Assembly (NCBI GenBank): GCA_907165135.1
Contig: OU015567.1
Location: 8,742,001-8,806,000, forward strand
Length of the DNA: 64,000 nucleotides
Reading direction: 5' to 3'
DNA from: Oikopleura dioica
Taxonomy: Eukaryota; Animalia; Chordata
Positions 49,304-61,367 of the stretch are shown one piece after another (position 1 is the first letter of the stretch; every line of letters begins with the position of its first letter). The notes below the pieces were generated by a model. The model worked only from the letters and a program-made list of their open reading frames with translations. It ran no database searches and was not told where the DNA came from. Position numbers and translations under genes: made by a program.

Positions 49304-51047
49304 TTAGTCATCCATCTTTTCTGCCTTGACGTACGCGTCGCCATTGGCTCCTGCGTCGAAGTCGGTTTTGACTCCAGGATCGGTCTTGATGTCAACCTCC
49401 TTGTCCCCTCGTCTTCGATCTCGGCGATCACGTGAGCGATCTCTAACAACGCTATTCATTATTTTTGGATGCCTTTAAAACTCACCGTCGGTCGCGCTTT
49501 CGATCTCTGGATCTTGATCGTTTCCTTCGACCGTCTCGGTCACGTGAGCGAGATCTTCGTGAACTAGGAAGAGGTTAAAGACGATTCTACACCTCGAAGT
49601 TACCGTTTTTCTTCGTCTTTCTTTTCTCTCTTGGAACGATCGAGCAACTTAGCCCGTTCCCTAGCCTGGTCACGTTTTTCATCCCCAGCGAAGCCGTAAC
49701 CGCCCCGGCGACGGAGCTCGTCCACTTCCGCGCGGATTGGCGACGGGGCTCGGCGGGAGTTTCCGAGTCCACCACCGAGGCGTCGCGGACGCCAGCCCTT
49801 TACGGTTCGCCCGCGCTCGACGTCCACCAGCACCCTCTTACCGTCAATTTTTCGACCATCAGCGTATTTGTATGCAGCTAGCAAAAAATGAAAATAAAAG
49901 TATATTTTATCGAAATAACCGAAATTATTTTATTTTGCTTTTCCCTTTTTTCTAATCTTTTAAGTCGCACTCCAAATTAAAATGAATAAAAACCTGCTCA
50001 ACATTTAAATACTGTTAGATAATGGATACTTAAGGTTACTCTAGAAATATCAGAAGATCATCTTTTTTTACCATCATCTCTTTTTTGACGATCAACTTTC
50101 GCGGCAACGAATTTTGATTTTTTACTCGACCTGGATTACTTTACCTGTACTAAAATCGCTACTAAAGTACTTACTCTATACTTACTGTACAGATGAGAGC
50201 ACTTGTAGAAATTCAGTACTTAGTACTTATCGTAAAATGAAAGTGGTAAATGGAAATTGAATGAAATACTAACCGGCTGGTATACTACCCGAAATACAAA
50301 CCGAAAAATTTTCTTTTTTAACTTTTTCAACGTAATTTTTTCGCCACTGCTCCCGTTATCGGGACAATCGTCTGGGATATACAATTACTGGTCCAGGCGA
50401 GTAAGGGGATTTTTGAGAAATAAGAAATTTACGGTTACTTACAGTGCATGTCACGCTCTTTTTCAAACTCAACGAAGGCGTATCCTTTCGGCTTTCCGTT
50501 TTTGAGGTTTTCGACCATTCGAATCTGGAATTTTTCAATGAAAGTACGGAATAGAAGATCGAAATTACCGATTTGATGCGGCCGTATTCTTCAAATTCTC
50601 GTTTGAGTTTCGACTCACTCGTTTCGAATTTTATACTGAAACAATGTTAAAACATGTATGAAGCAATTCATTTTACCGAGCAACAAAGAGGGTTTTAAAC
50701 GGATCGGATTCGATCTTATCATCTTCGTGTGGATTCCACTCCTCTAGCTCTTCCTCCGTTTTCTTCATCCCCTTTTCTAGCTTGTCTTTTCTCTTTCGCT
50801 TTTCTTTCTCAGCCCGAGTTTCAACACGCACCTTGGAAGCATCGTAATTTTGACCCCCAAAAGCGTCCTTTACCTTGGGTGGCGTTTCAGTAGAAGGATC
50901 AAACTCGTTGACAAAAGGAGCGATTCCAGAATAGGGATTTTTCGTCCGATCGCGCTCCCATGGCAAATCGCCTGTTGGAGGCTTGAACTCGACCGGCTCC
51001 CGAGGCTGGAAAAGCGCGATCAAATTCGGCGGCAGAAATGCCGTCAT
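49304..51047 (-). CDS. SNRNP70: U1 snRNP 70 kDa protein
   Basis: [79 protein letters not shown] tail. Confidence 0.97.
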
Positions 51048-51123
51048 TGTCTGAAAAATATGGAAAATGATAAGTCGTAGTTATTAAATATCCGTTTCTT
51101 TACAAGATAAGTGGAAAAAAATG

Positions 51124-52328
51124 TCAGTCGAGCAGAATAACATCATTTGTAGATGATGACTTGGGAGCAGAAATACGCCTTGTGATGACCTTCACTTTCG
51201 GGTTCTTCGGCGGTGTTATCTTTTTATCTTTTGAAGGGGCTTTTCTTTTAGCAGGAACAGTAGCCGCTGAAGAGCTAACAACGACAATATCGTCGTCTGA
51301 ATCGTCAATCTCCATGATGGAATGCGCTTTCAAGTCTTCTTCGAGAAAAACTTCTCTGACGCGAATAATGAAGTCTTAGAATACTTAGACAGACAGTACT
51401 GGTGATTTTTTACCTAGATAAAGGTCCCACGGGCAGTCTCGATTGATGATTTTTGCTGCTGCGCTCCAAAGTCTCGCTGCTTCTTGCTTGTACATATCGA
51501 GACGACCTCCTACGATTTCTGGTTTTGCCTCTTCGTGGATATGAAGACCGATTCTTATGAGCGCTTCTTTTGCTCTGATAGATCCTTGAAGGATTTCATC
51601 AAAGTGCTCTTCGCATTTTGTCAGTTGAATCTAGCGGAAGAATGTTACAGCTATCTCGGGAAACAGAAATGATGGTCTCACCTTTGATAAACGAGAATTT
51701 TTCATCTCTTCTTGAGCACCAACTTTCATATCGAGCGAATTGAGCTTGTAAGTCTCTGTTAGTCCAAGAGCGAAAGCGCGTTGTTCAGCCATTTCCCGGT
51801 TGCTACGATTTTGAAAAATCTTGACTCGATGGGGATCGATTTTCGGCAAAGACTCTGTTCCTTCCTTTGCTGCTTTGCCAGGGGCTTCTTCTACTGGCTT
51901 TTGGAATCCAAGACCAGGTCGTTGGCCGCCGATTCGATCATATTTTAAATTCGGAGTGATCGGATTCCGAACTCCGGAAGCATTTTTCCGAGACCTTCGC
52001 CCCGTTTCCAGCCCATTTTCTGCATGATCTTATTCGCCTTCACTCCCCATAGGACCCCACTATCTTCTGAGTCCTTATGCGCTAGTTCTGTAATTTCAAG
52101 CTCCTCATCAGACGAATCGTCAACAAAGCAATCATCAGATTCATTTGGAAACTGTCGCTTCCTCTCGCGCTTCAAGAAATCTTCGCGAGACTGCTCCGTA
52201 TCAAGACCACTGCTGATGAATTTTAAAGCACCATCTCGCTGCCAGAGACTTGGCTTTGGCTTGCGAGGTTTTGATTTTTTCTTTTTAGATTTCGACTTTA
52301 GACCATTTGGATTCATTTGCTCAAGCAA
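51124..52328 (-). CDS. G-patch domain protein with an apparent 1-nt frameshift
   Basis: NKIMQKMGWKRGEGLGK continues as NASGVRNPI in a different frame at the run 51983-51987. Confidence 0.7.
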
Positions 52329-52532
52329 GGTCTTTCTATGATCATTCTAAAGCTTCATGCTTATGATAGTGCAAAAAGAGGTAAAAGGAACATCTCCTTG
52401 AAATCTAATTCAATTTATTACTGGTAATTCGGTGTTGTTGCTAAATGATGTGAAAGTGGCAGTTACATGAAAGATTATGAAGATAACTAATTATTGGATA
52501 CAGAATATTGTCTATTTGATTGTGTCTTCGTT

Positions 52533-53486
52533 TTAGTTTCGGAAGTGTGGACGTCGATGATTGTCTCGCGGTTGTGGCTTGGTGAGCCAGGAGCCGATGA
52601 GTTCTTTGTCATCGTCGGTTCTGAAGGTAAAGTATCGTCGAAACTTCAAGCCCTGGAAGTCATCTCGCTTGCTCCCCTGGTTGTAGAAGCCGATGACTGA
52701 GCTGTCTTTTGCGTCGATCTTGTTTTTGCCGAAGTCGGCTTCGATGGCTGGTTGCACTCGTTCGCCGAGGTAGGGATCAGGGAAACGCTGGGTTCTTTTG
52801 GTGCCATCGTCAGTAAGCTCGTCAGAATTCTTGTTGTTATTGTCCAATTCTTCAAACTCGTCGATGATGAAATCGTTTGGTGTCTTGAGTTCTGGAGAAG
52901 ATGGAGCCGATCTCTTTGGCATCAGTGGTGGTGCAGGCGCCTTTCTCTTCGGTGTGATTTTCTTATGAGTTGTAGAGGTGGCCGCGTTAGGTTTCATTCT
53001 TGTTTCGATGCTGTTACAAAACTGCGTTGTTTGTTGTTTTCTGATGGTTTTTGTGAACGCGCTCTGGTTTTATACTGGGTTACTGAGAAGGAGGGCGCTG
53101 CTCGCGAACTCACCCGCGGCGGGATGCCGCTTTCATGGCCAAAAATAGCCCCACCAGCTAAGCCTAACTTAGTTATCAGCTTTTTTTATCTGATCGATTC
53201 CCAGACGAAATGATTCACACATTCTAGTGGAAAATAAATTAAAAGCTTGAATCGCGGATAAAGCTTTATCGACGCAGTTTGAAATAAAGTCGCGGTGCGC
53301 AAAAGAAGACCCTGGTTGTGTGAGGAGAAGTGAGGCAAAGGGCCGATCATAGATAAAAGAGCGAAGCAAAGCTTTCTGAGAATGTTGAGTCAAATTAAGA
53401 CCCTTCTCGATTGGCAGGAAAAACGTGTCAGAAATAAATGAGTGCAACATATTGATAAAGTGCGTGAAATTAACATAGCCTAACAT
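52533..53486 (-). CDS. hypothetical protein (helical N-part, low-complexity C-part)
   Basis: ORFs 53169-53486 and 52533-52997 in an operon-like position; no confident family. Confidence 0.4.
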
Positions 53487-53647
53487 AAATAATTATTGGC
53501 AAAAGTGTTTGGAGCGTAACTTCGTTGAAACAAGTCAGGTGTAGATATAACCGTAAATATTAAAAAGTGAGTGAAAGAAAAAGGTAAAGAAGTTGAAAAA
53601 TGTGTGCACCAAAAGATTTACTTAGATTCTAAATTTTAGAATGAAAG

Positions 53648-54725
53648 CTATTCATTCTTGAGCTCCTTCTTGGCTCCGTCGACAACTCGATTCTTCACAA
53701 CTTGCAAGATCAACTGGAGGGGGTGTTGCTCAAACGACTTCAGTTCCTCCTTTGTAGAGGTGATTTGATCGCCTTTCAAGCGATTGACGATAGAGCAGCA
53801 AACCACGGCGCCTGGAATTTTTGCCCTGTTACAGAATGACAAGAATACATTTGCCTCCATTTCCATGTTGAAAACACCCGCTTCTTTGTTGGCGCGGCGG
53901 ATGAAGTCGAACTTGTCTTTGAGTGTGTAATCGCAGAGAGCACCGTCCAGTCGACACTGCGCTTCGTAAAAGTCATCGCAGCCCATGGTATTGCCAATTT
54001 GGTAGTCGATGGAGAGGTCCTCAGCGGCCTGGATGAACTCTAGGAGCAACGATTATCTCTGTGAAGGAAAGATGATCAGTTACCTTGATTGAGTTTTTCA
54101 TCCGCTTTCGCTTCGTATCTTACTTTCTTGCCACAAGAAACCACTTCGTATCCTGGCTCACAAGTAGCATCGTACCCTTCTTTCGTAATAATTACCGTTC
54201 CTGGTTCAGCACCGAGTCCCCCAGAAGTGCCCATTCGAATGAAAGAAAAATCAGTTGCGCCTGCGTATCGCAGAAGCTTGGCCACTTCATGAAGAGCGAT
54301 GTTGAGGGAGCCGAAACCCATCCCATGATTCAAGGTCAGGACTGGCCCTACTTTGTACATGACGAAACGACCTGCTCGCCTGGCAATGTCGTTTGTATGC
54401 GCATCTGGAGCTAAATAAACAGGATCTTATACTGTTATTTTATCGGAAGCTTACGCATTGAATAATAACCACTCATCGCTTCATACGCTTGTCTGGCGAA
54501 GTTCTCGACTCTCCCACGAGATCCTCCCATGCAGACAAACTTGACATCGCCGTATTTTCTTCTGATCGCTTCCAAGTCTGATGTATCGACAGCGAGATGG
54601 TACAGAATATCGACTTCGTCAACAGAAAGGTGCGGATTGAGCTGTCTAAGGATGTTGTCTTGTTTGTTTGGAAGCTCAGTTGATGGTACAGCTTGGGCCG
54701 CGTTGTTGTTCAAAGCTGATGCCAT
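53648..54725 (-). CDS. UPP: uridine phosphorylase
   Basis: DILYHL, GDVKFVCMGGS, MYKVGPVLTLNHGMG, FIRMGTSGGLG, DDFYEAQCRLDGALC, NMEMEA. Confidence 0.96.
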
Positions 54726-54925
54726 TCTTTTCTGAGCGATTTATTCAGTCAAAAATGCTTGAATTCATATTTCGTCTTACAGAAAAAAGAATGGCGGAAC
54801 TGAAGGATGGCAGTACAGTACAGTCATGATTACAGAAAAAAGATACAGTGGGAATTATAGCGATCAAAATTAAATATTCAGTGAATATTCATTAGTTTTG
54901 GAAATAGTTAAATAGGTATTTTGTG

Positions 54926-56284
54926 TTAGTACTTGTCGAGCTTATTGGTTGGAATTCCTTGCGCTTTCATTAGTTCTCGAGTCCAGGGAAGCTCGGACAT
55001 CGCCATTTGATAGCATAAAGGATCTTTGAATCCCTCCTCCGTGAGCTAGGAAAGATTAACAATAGCCCATTGGAACGCATTCGGTACCTGAATTCCTTTG
55101 ACAATTAATCCAGGCGGCTGATAAGTCCGAAAATCTGGATGAAGCTGGCTGTTAGGTAAATATCCGTCGACGCATTTTTCTGTTAGTTGGTCAATAAGTG
55201 TGTGCATTTTTTCGACGTCGTGCGCAATTTTTTCCTCCCCGATGTGCGAAATTCGCCTCCAAAGGGTTCTATTGAAGTGGTCGTATAATCTAGCATCAGC
55301 TTGATTCCATTCAAGAAGCTTTTCTTGCGTCTTTTTTGACAACTCCGTTTTTTTCGGTCGAGCATTGGTGATGAAGCAGGCGATATCTTCGATTGACAAA
55401 CACAAATCATGCTTCAGAACAGCGAGGCTTTCAGCCATGTGTTCTGTGATCATAATTAGGTTCCATTTCTGACTGATTAATTTCAAGTTTTCAGCGATTT
55501 TCTTCGGCTCCTCTTCCATCGGATCGAAGCCGAACTCGTAGGTCAAATGATTTCTTGAGAAAAAGGAGGTCATTTGCTTCGAATGCTTTATGTATTTGTG
55601 CGGATCGTCGAGGAATTTTTCTATTCATCTTTAAAAATGAGAGAAAAAAAGTAGTTCTTACCAAGAGTGCCGGCTGTTTTGAACTGCGGTGCGACCCCTT
55701 TCATGTAGTTGAAAACGGATTCAAACATAGACGTCGGATTCCGAATGATGGACAAGTGATAGACTGGCTCATCCATCGCAAAGAGCTTCTCAACGTCTGG
55801 GCTGTATCGAAGATGATGCGCAATGATATCTGGTTTAGGGCAACTCTCGCAATATCCGTGAACATCAGACACTTTGAATGACTTCCAGTAGCTGAAGATG
55901 GACTTTCCCGATTTGGGCAGAGCGAACGTTTTCTTATTCTGAAGAAATAAGGCTAGTAAATGATCTTTTCAGGTGTCCTACTTTTTGGCCCCAGCGAAGT
56001 AAGACGTTTTGAACTGTCGAGCTAGCCGTCTTGTGTGTTTTCAAGAAGATGATCTTCTCCGCCATCGGGTGGCAATGATTATCTTTGGCGAGTGGATCTT
56101 GATGAGGTTGCCCGTGATTTTGCCGATGTCTTGGGACGAGATCTCCCGCTTCGCTGATGAAGGCTGTTTGACTTTCAACGGAGTCTTCGAGCTTGACTTT
56201 TATAATATAGAGCAGTGGCAACAAAATGACGATAACGAGTGTCAGTCCGGTCCGGAACATCCCGCCAATTGAAATGGCGTTCAT
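54926..56284 (-). CDS. GAL3ST: galactose-3-O-sulfotransferase family, type II membrane
   Basis: N-terminal TM; IFLKTHKTASSTVQN; SIIRNPTSMFESVFNY; RNHLTYEFG; LIMITEHMAESLAVLK; WNQADARLYDHFNRTLW. Confidence 0.92.
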
Positions 56285-57074
56285 CTAAATTGATTACAAG
56301 TTATTTTTATCCTTTTTCCCTTCCTCTTGATATTTTGAAAACAAAGACAGCGTTTATTTTAAATGTAACAGCCTATTTTTCAACCCTCCTAGAAATATAA
56401 AAGCCTAATCATATCGTTTTATAAACCCTATTAGTACACAGATTAGACCTTGAGCTACATTTCTACGCGTTATCGGACCCTCTACGATGACTGTACTTGA
56501 AGGAGTCCTTGCTTTTATGCAAAAATAATAAATTATCTTTGATGATTTTCTCACGAGAATCAGCAAAGGATTCATCTATTCATTTCATTTTCATAATAAA
56601 AACACGGGTCTTTGAATGGTGTTGATGTATTATTCGGAGATAGTACGGAAGCCTGGAACATGGAATGGCGAGGGATTTATGTACAAAAATATAAATTTAT
56701 CAAAGTAAGCGAAGTTCTTTTATTAAACTTTAGTTCGTTATTCCTGGTCTCGAAACTCCGGAAGAGAACAAATGAAGATATCCGTTTATAATAAAGTTTG
56801 TTAAATTATAAATGAATGTATAAAAGTAGGAACGGTGACAGAGAGTGAAGAACGATTCCTTTATACAGAATACGAATGCGTTGTGCTGTGAAAATTAACG
56901 GTTAGGAAATGCTCGAATAGAAAGGTCAGCTAACAAATTTCGGGGAGTGAGATGGGTGCTTTGGTTCATTTTTTCAGTGTTAAATTTTTTTTTGGAATTT
57001 GCGAAAAGCATTTTCTTGAATATACAGAAATGATTTTTACGGAAATAGAAGAAAATAGTGAAGAGTTGTGTAGG

Positions 57075-60000
57075 TTTACTTTAGTAAATTGGCAAAGAAA
57101 TCGTCGTCAGGAATCGTCCTGACTTGCGGTCGTTTGGAACGGACACCAGGAATGACTCCAGATCGCTGCTCGTCGAGTCGCCCGCTTTGGGCTCCTTTCA
57201 TCAGCACTTCGAAAATGTCATCATCTGCGAATTTTTCTTTCTTCTGAAATTGAAAAAGTTAAGATTCTCTTCCTTATTGTCAAGTTTTGCACTCTTACCT
57301 TTTCTTTCTTTGGTTTTTTGTGTTGTATTTTTTGAAGATTGGAATCTGACTGGCTTTGGTTTATGTGGTGTTGTTGCTTTTCTTGGAGTTCAGCGAGCGA
57401 TACTCTTTGGTTTTCCAGTCTTCTGTTGGAGTTATTGGTTCCTGTTATCGCAGCTAAGAGTCCTTCGATGTCTTCTTTTTTCGTCACAAGTTTTTGGTCT
57501 GATCTTTGCTCATTGATCCTGAATAAGTGGGGTTGAAAGAGACTGTGAGGAGCAACTAGAATTCACCTTGATCTTTGAACTCGATCGAGCATGTCAAACA
57601 TATCCTCTGTATTTTCCTTGTCGACGTCAACTGATGATTTCCGTTTTTCTGGTTTGTCTTTTGCTTTTTCTTTCGAGAAAAACGCTGCGAAGGGGTTTTT
57701 CTTTTTGTCCTTTGCTCGTGGGGTCATTGAAAGAAGATCTAGGTGTTCCATGCTCCTTCTTCTGCACAAAAGCGATCTGCAAGGCGACGATGGTGCTTCT
57801 GAGGCCGTTTCTAACTGAAGTAGCGTTTCCTCTGCGAAACAAGCTGCTTCTTCATCTCCTATCTCTCGGCTGATCTCCAAGTGTCTCTTCGTGTAAAACG
57901 CAGCGCGGTCTTTATTCCCCAAGTTTTTGTGCGCGTTCCCGAGAGCCCAGTAAGCCCGACCTGAATTAAATATCATGTGATGAACTTACGTAGAAAACAA
58001 GTAGGAAAACACTGATCCGAAAATTTATTAGCGCTAGGGTTGATAGAGCAGAGGTTAATGATCAGACCACTGTAAGACCGACTGTCTGTATCTGTCTATG
58101 TCTTCATATTTTAGTAACAAGGGGATTAGCAAAAGCTTGACAGGAGCTTTACCCGCTCCAAGTTTAATCAAATGAGAAATGCAGTAGTCCTCCTGCTGTT
58201 CGAAATCCCCGGGGGAAAGCGCCCTTTTTAGCCCCTGCGAAGTATGAAAATAATTGACCCTGCTTCAAAAAATAACAAGATAGTAATAAGAATGGACTTT
58301 CCTTCACCGATTCTGTCAGCGAGCCGCTGGGCAATGTGTAGATGTTCGATGTAATATTTGATGGCATCTTTGTAACGGTTCATTAACGAAGACGTCGCCC
58401 CTAAAAAAGAAAATGCCAGCCACCGTACAGCTATCTGACAAAATGGAGACAAAGAACCTACCTAGGCAGTAGCAGGCTTGAGCTTCCATTGCGAGTTCAT
58501 TTGTATCTTGGGCGATTTGTCTCACTGCAAAAAATATTTAAAAAATATTATTATATATAAGTGACCGCACGGAGGGATGATCCAGAAAGGTCACCAGCCC
58601 AAAAGAAAGATATGTATGGTAATTAAATGATCGTTCCATGATGAGCACTCCTTGCGGTCAAATATATAAACGATAGGTATAGCGCTAATAGAGGCTGAAC
58701 GGGTCCAACCGTCCGATTTACCGTTTTGATAGCAGACCAGCGCCTCCTCATAATTTTCAAGGAAGATGAATGAATTGCCGAGATTGGTGTTCGCCCTTCT
58801 TTGGGCTTGTTGGTCGTTCTAAAGTAGAATTTGAAAAAGAAGAGCTTCCTCTTTGTGAATGAGTGGGAATAATTTATCCCTCGCGCTTATTAAATTAATA
58901 CCTGGCTCTTTGCAATTTCGAGCCGCTCCCTGTGGCATTCAACTGAAGTCTCGTACGATTGTAATCGGTAATGCGCGTTTCCTAGATTCCCGTAAGCCTT
59001 CCCCATAGACACCAGATCGTTCATCGCTTTCACTATCGCCAGATAATACTCGTAGTACGTGATCGCTTCCTTCAGTGCTTTTTGCGCGTCTGGACTTGAT
59101 ATTCCGTTCAGATCCGATTTGGCTTTGTTGTGAAAGATGTTTCCCAGATTATACAGTGCTCTTGCTTCTCCTTTTCTGAAATAAATCTTACAGAAGAAAC
59201 CAAAAGCGCATAATTCTACAGAGAACTCTATTTCGACGAAGACGAGCGTAGAGAAAGACAATTTATGTACCTATTTCCGAGCTCTCTCCAGACTTGCAGC
59301 TGCTGCCTGCACAAGTCTGTAGCTTCTTCGAAAAGACACAAAGATCTCATCGTGTTTCCCAGATTGCCCAGTGCGTTTGCTTCTAATTCCGAGTCTCCCA
59401 TGCTCCTCGCCAGCTCGAGCTCCTTCTCGTGGAACTCCCTGGCCAGGGCGAAGTTTTGCAAGTAAAAGTAAGCATTCCCGACTTGGGCGTAAACAGCAGC
59501 AGTGATTACTGGATCGGTGGAGCCGCGCGCTAGTGCTTGCTTGAATTTGGCAATCGCATCTTCTAGCTGATTTTCTGAAAGAAAGAAGCATTATTTGAAA
59601 TTCATTTTGAAAAGAAAAATTGAAATTTTTCATGGATGAAACTTTTGAAATTTGAAAAATGCTAGAAATCGCCGTCTTCGTCCATTTCTGAACAAATAAA
59701 AAATGACAAAGGATTTGGCGACGAAAAACGGTTCTGTTTGAGTTTGTCCGTGAACTTCTCTGAACTTGGACCCTCGGAAAGTATCGGAAAGGTGATAATG
59801 AGGCAAAACTTGGCCGTGTGAAATGAGTTTTTAACGGATTATGTAACAAAAGATCCCAATAACCAAAAGAAAAATCTGATTCTTGCGCGAAAAAATACTG
59901 AAAACCGTTTATTAAGTCCACTTTTGAGAGAAATAACTGTATTTTCAATAAAATAAGACAGTAAGTAATCTTGTTGAGTGTATTAAATTCAAGTTTTCAA

Positions 60001-60162
60001 GAAAAATGGTCAGAAATCACCGAATTTTCGCTAGAAAATACAAAAAAATCAACGAATTTCGCCCCACTTTCCTTAGAAAATTACTGTATTGAAAGATAAA
60101 TATAAACAGTACTAACCTTTACATAAATTTTCGGCCTCAAGGGCGAGTTCTACAAAACTCAT
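57075..60162 (-). CDS. GPSM2: LGN/AGS3-type G-protein signalling modulator (TPR + GoLoco); last exon not resolved
   Basis: MSFVELALEAENLCK, TPRs (GEARALYNLGN, GKAYGNLGNAHY, GRAYWALGNAH); GoLoco motifs ending RINEQR, RLENQR, RLDEQR, and TIPDDDFF. Confidence 0.92.
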
Positions 60163-60799
60163 GAGCCCAAATTTCTCTCTTCTTCTCTGATTTTCTGGCT
60201 TTTCTCGCTCTTTTTTCGATCTGACAGCGTTAAGTTTTATTGGCCGCCTTTTTCTCTCTCTCTTCCCGGCGGTTAATATTTCTGTGATTTGTTTAGTATC
60301 GATTCTCGAGTGAAGAGGGAATGTTTCCACTTTTTGTTTTTTTCGCTTTTTTTTCCGCGCGGGTCGCCGTGGGCGCTCGCTCGCCCCTCGTCCATTGGCC
60401 CCGCGCGAACCTCAACCCTAATCTGAAATGAGAATGTCTCTGTCGAGAATTTCAGTCTATCAGAATATGCATGCCGTAATTCTTGGTTAGGTTGAAAATA
60501 AGGAATGAAAAATCCGCCCGGCGTTATCATAGACTATGGACCATAGACTATGGTACTCTGATTCATAGCAGAGTTACATGACTTCTGAAAAAGGCCCGCT
60601 CAGCTCAGCTCAGAGAAATTTTCACTGAGGTCAGCTCAGCTCAGCAGAATTGAAGCAAAATATGCAACTCTGATTCATAGAACCAGATTTTCGAAAATCC
60701 TCTAAACTTTGGTACTACTGATTATTTTATGGGGCTTTAAATCGGCATAACTTGTCACTTATCAAGACTTACTGTATTTTTTAAAGAAATTAATGAAGA

Positions 60800-61250
60800 A
60801 AAGCGTGCATGTTGTTGATTACGATATGCGTCGATGAGAGCCGCTTCCAACTACTTCAACTGTTTAGTAGGAATGAGCAAACATTGTCGCCACCGTCGGA
60901 CCATCCAAAATGGTGTTTGTTTGTTCCAGCTAACCAGTTGAACTTTTCCGAATTGGTTCCCAACCCGCCGCTTCTATTACGGAATTTCACTTTCGCAACG
61001 GGTCGTCTTTTCAAGTCAATTACTCGGGCCGCTCGAATGAGCACCTGCTGCAACCGCGGAAGTTCGCTAGCTCGGATTTTACGCGTTCTGCATTTTCTAT
61101 TGATCGCACTGATTTCTGATTTGCAATCGGTTCACCTCGCAATAGCTCTTTTCTCAATCCACTTATCTCAACCTCGGCCAAAATCCTTTTACCATAAACT
61201 CTCCCTAAGATTGTCAAGAAAACATCGGCATTGATAGCACAAGATTGTTG
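60800..61250 (-). CDS. hypothetical protein fragment, paralogous to 63420-63500
   Basis: LGTNSEKFNWLAGTNKH motif shared with the right-edge gene. Confidence 0.3.
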
Positions 61251-61367
61251 ATAAAGGGTTGAATTATTGAAAAAATTTGGAGACAAGAAGAAGTTCTTTT
61301 AAGAAGGAACGGTTTATTATTTACAGTTTGCGTGCAAAATTATACTAATATACAGGAACTGATAAGT

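Noticed and set aside
59600-60100. Long first GPSM intron with a TE-like interior
   Set aside because: I could not find terminal repeats or a target duplication by eye
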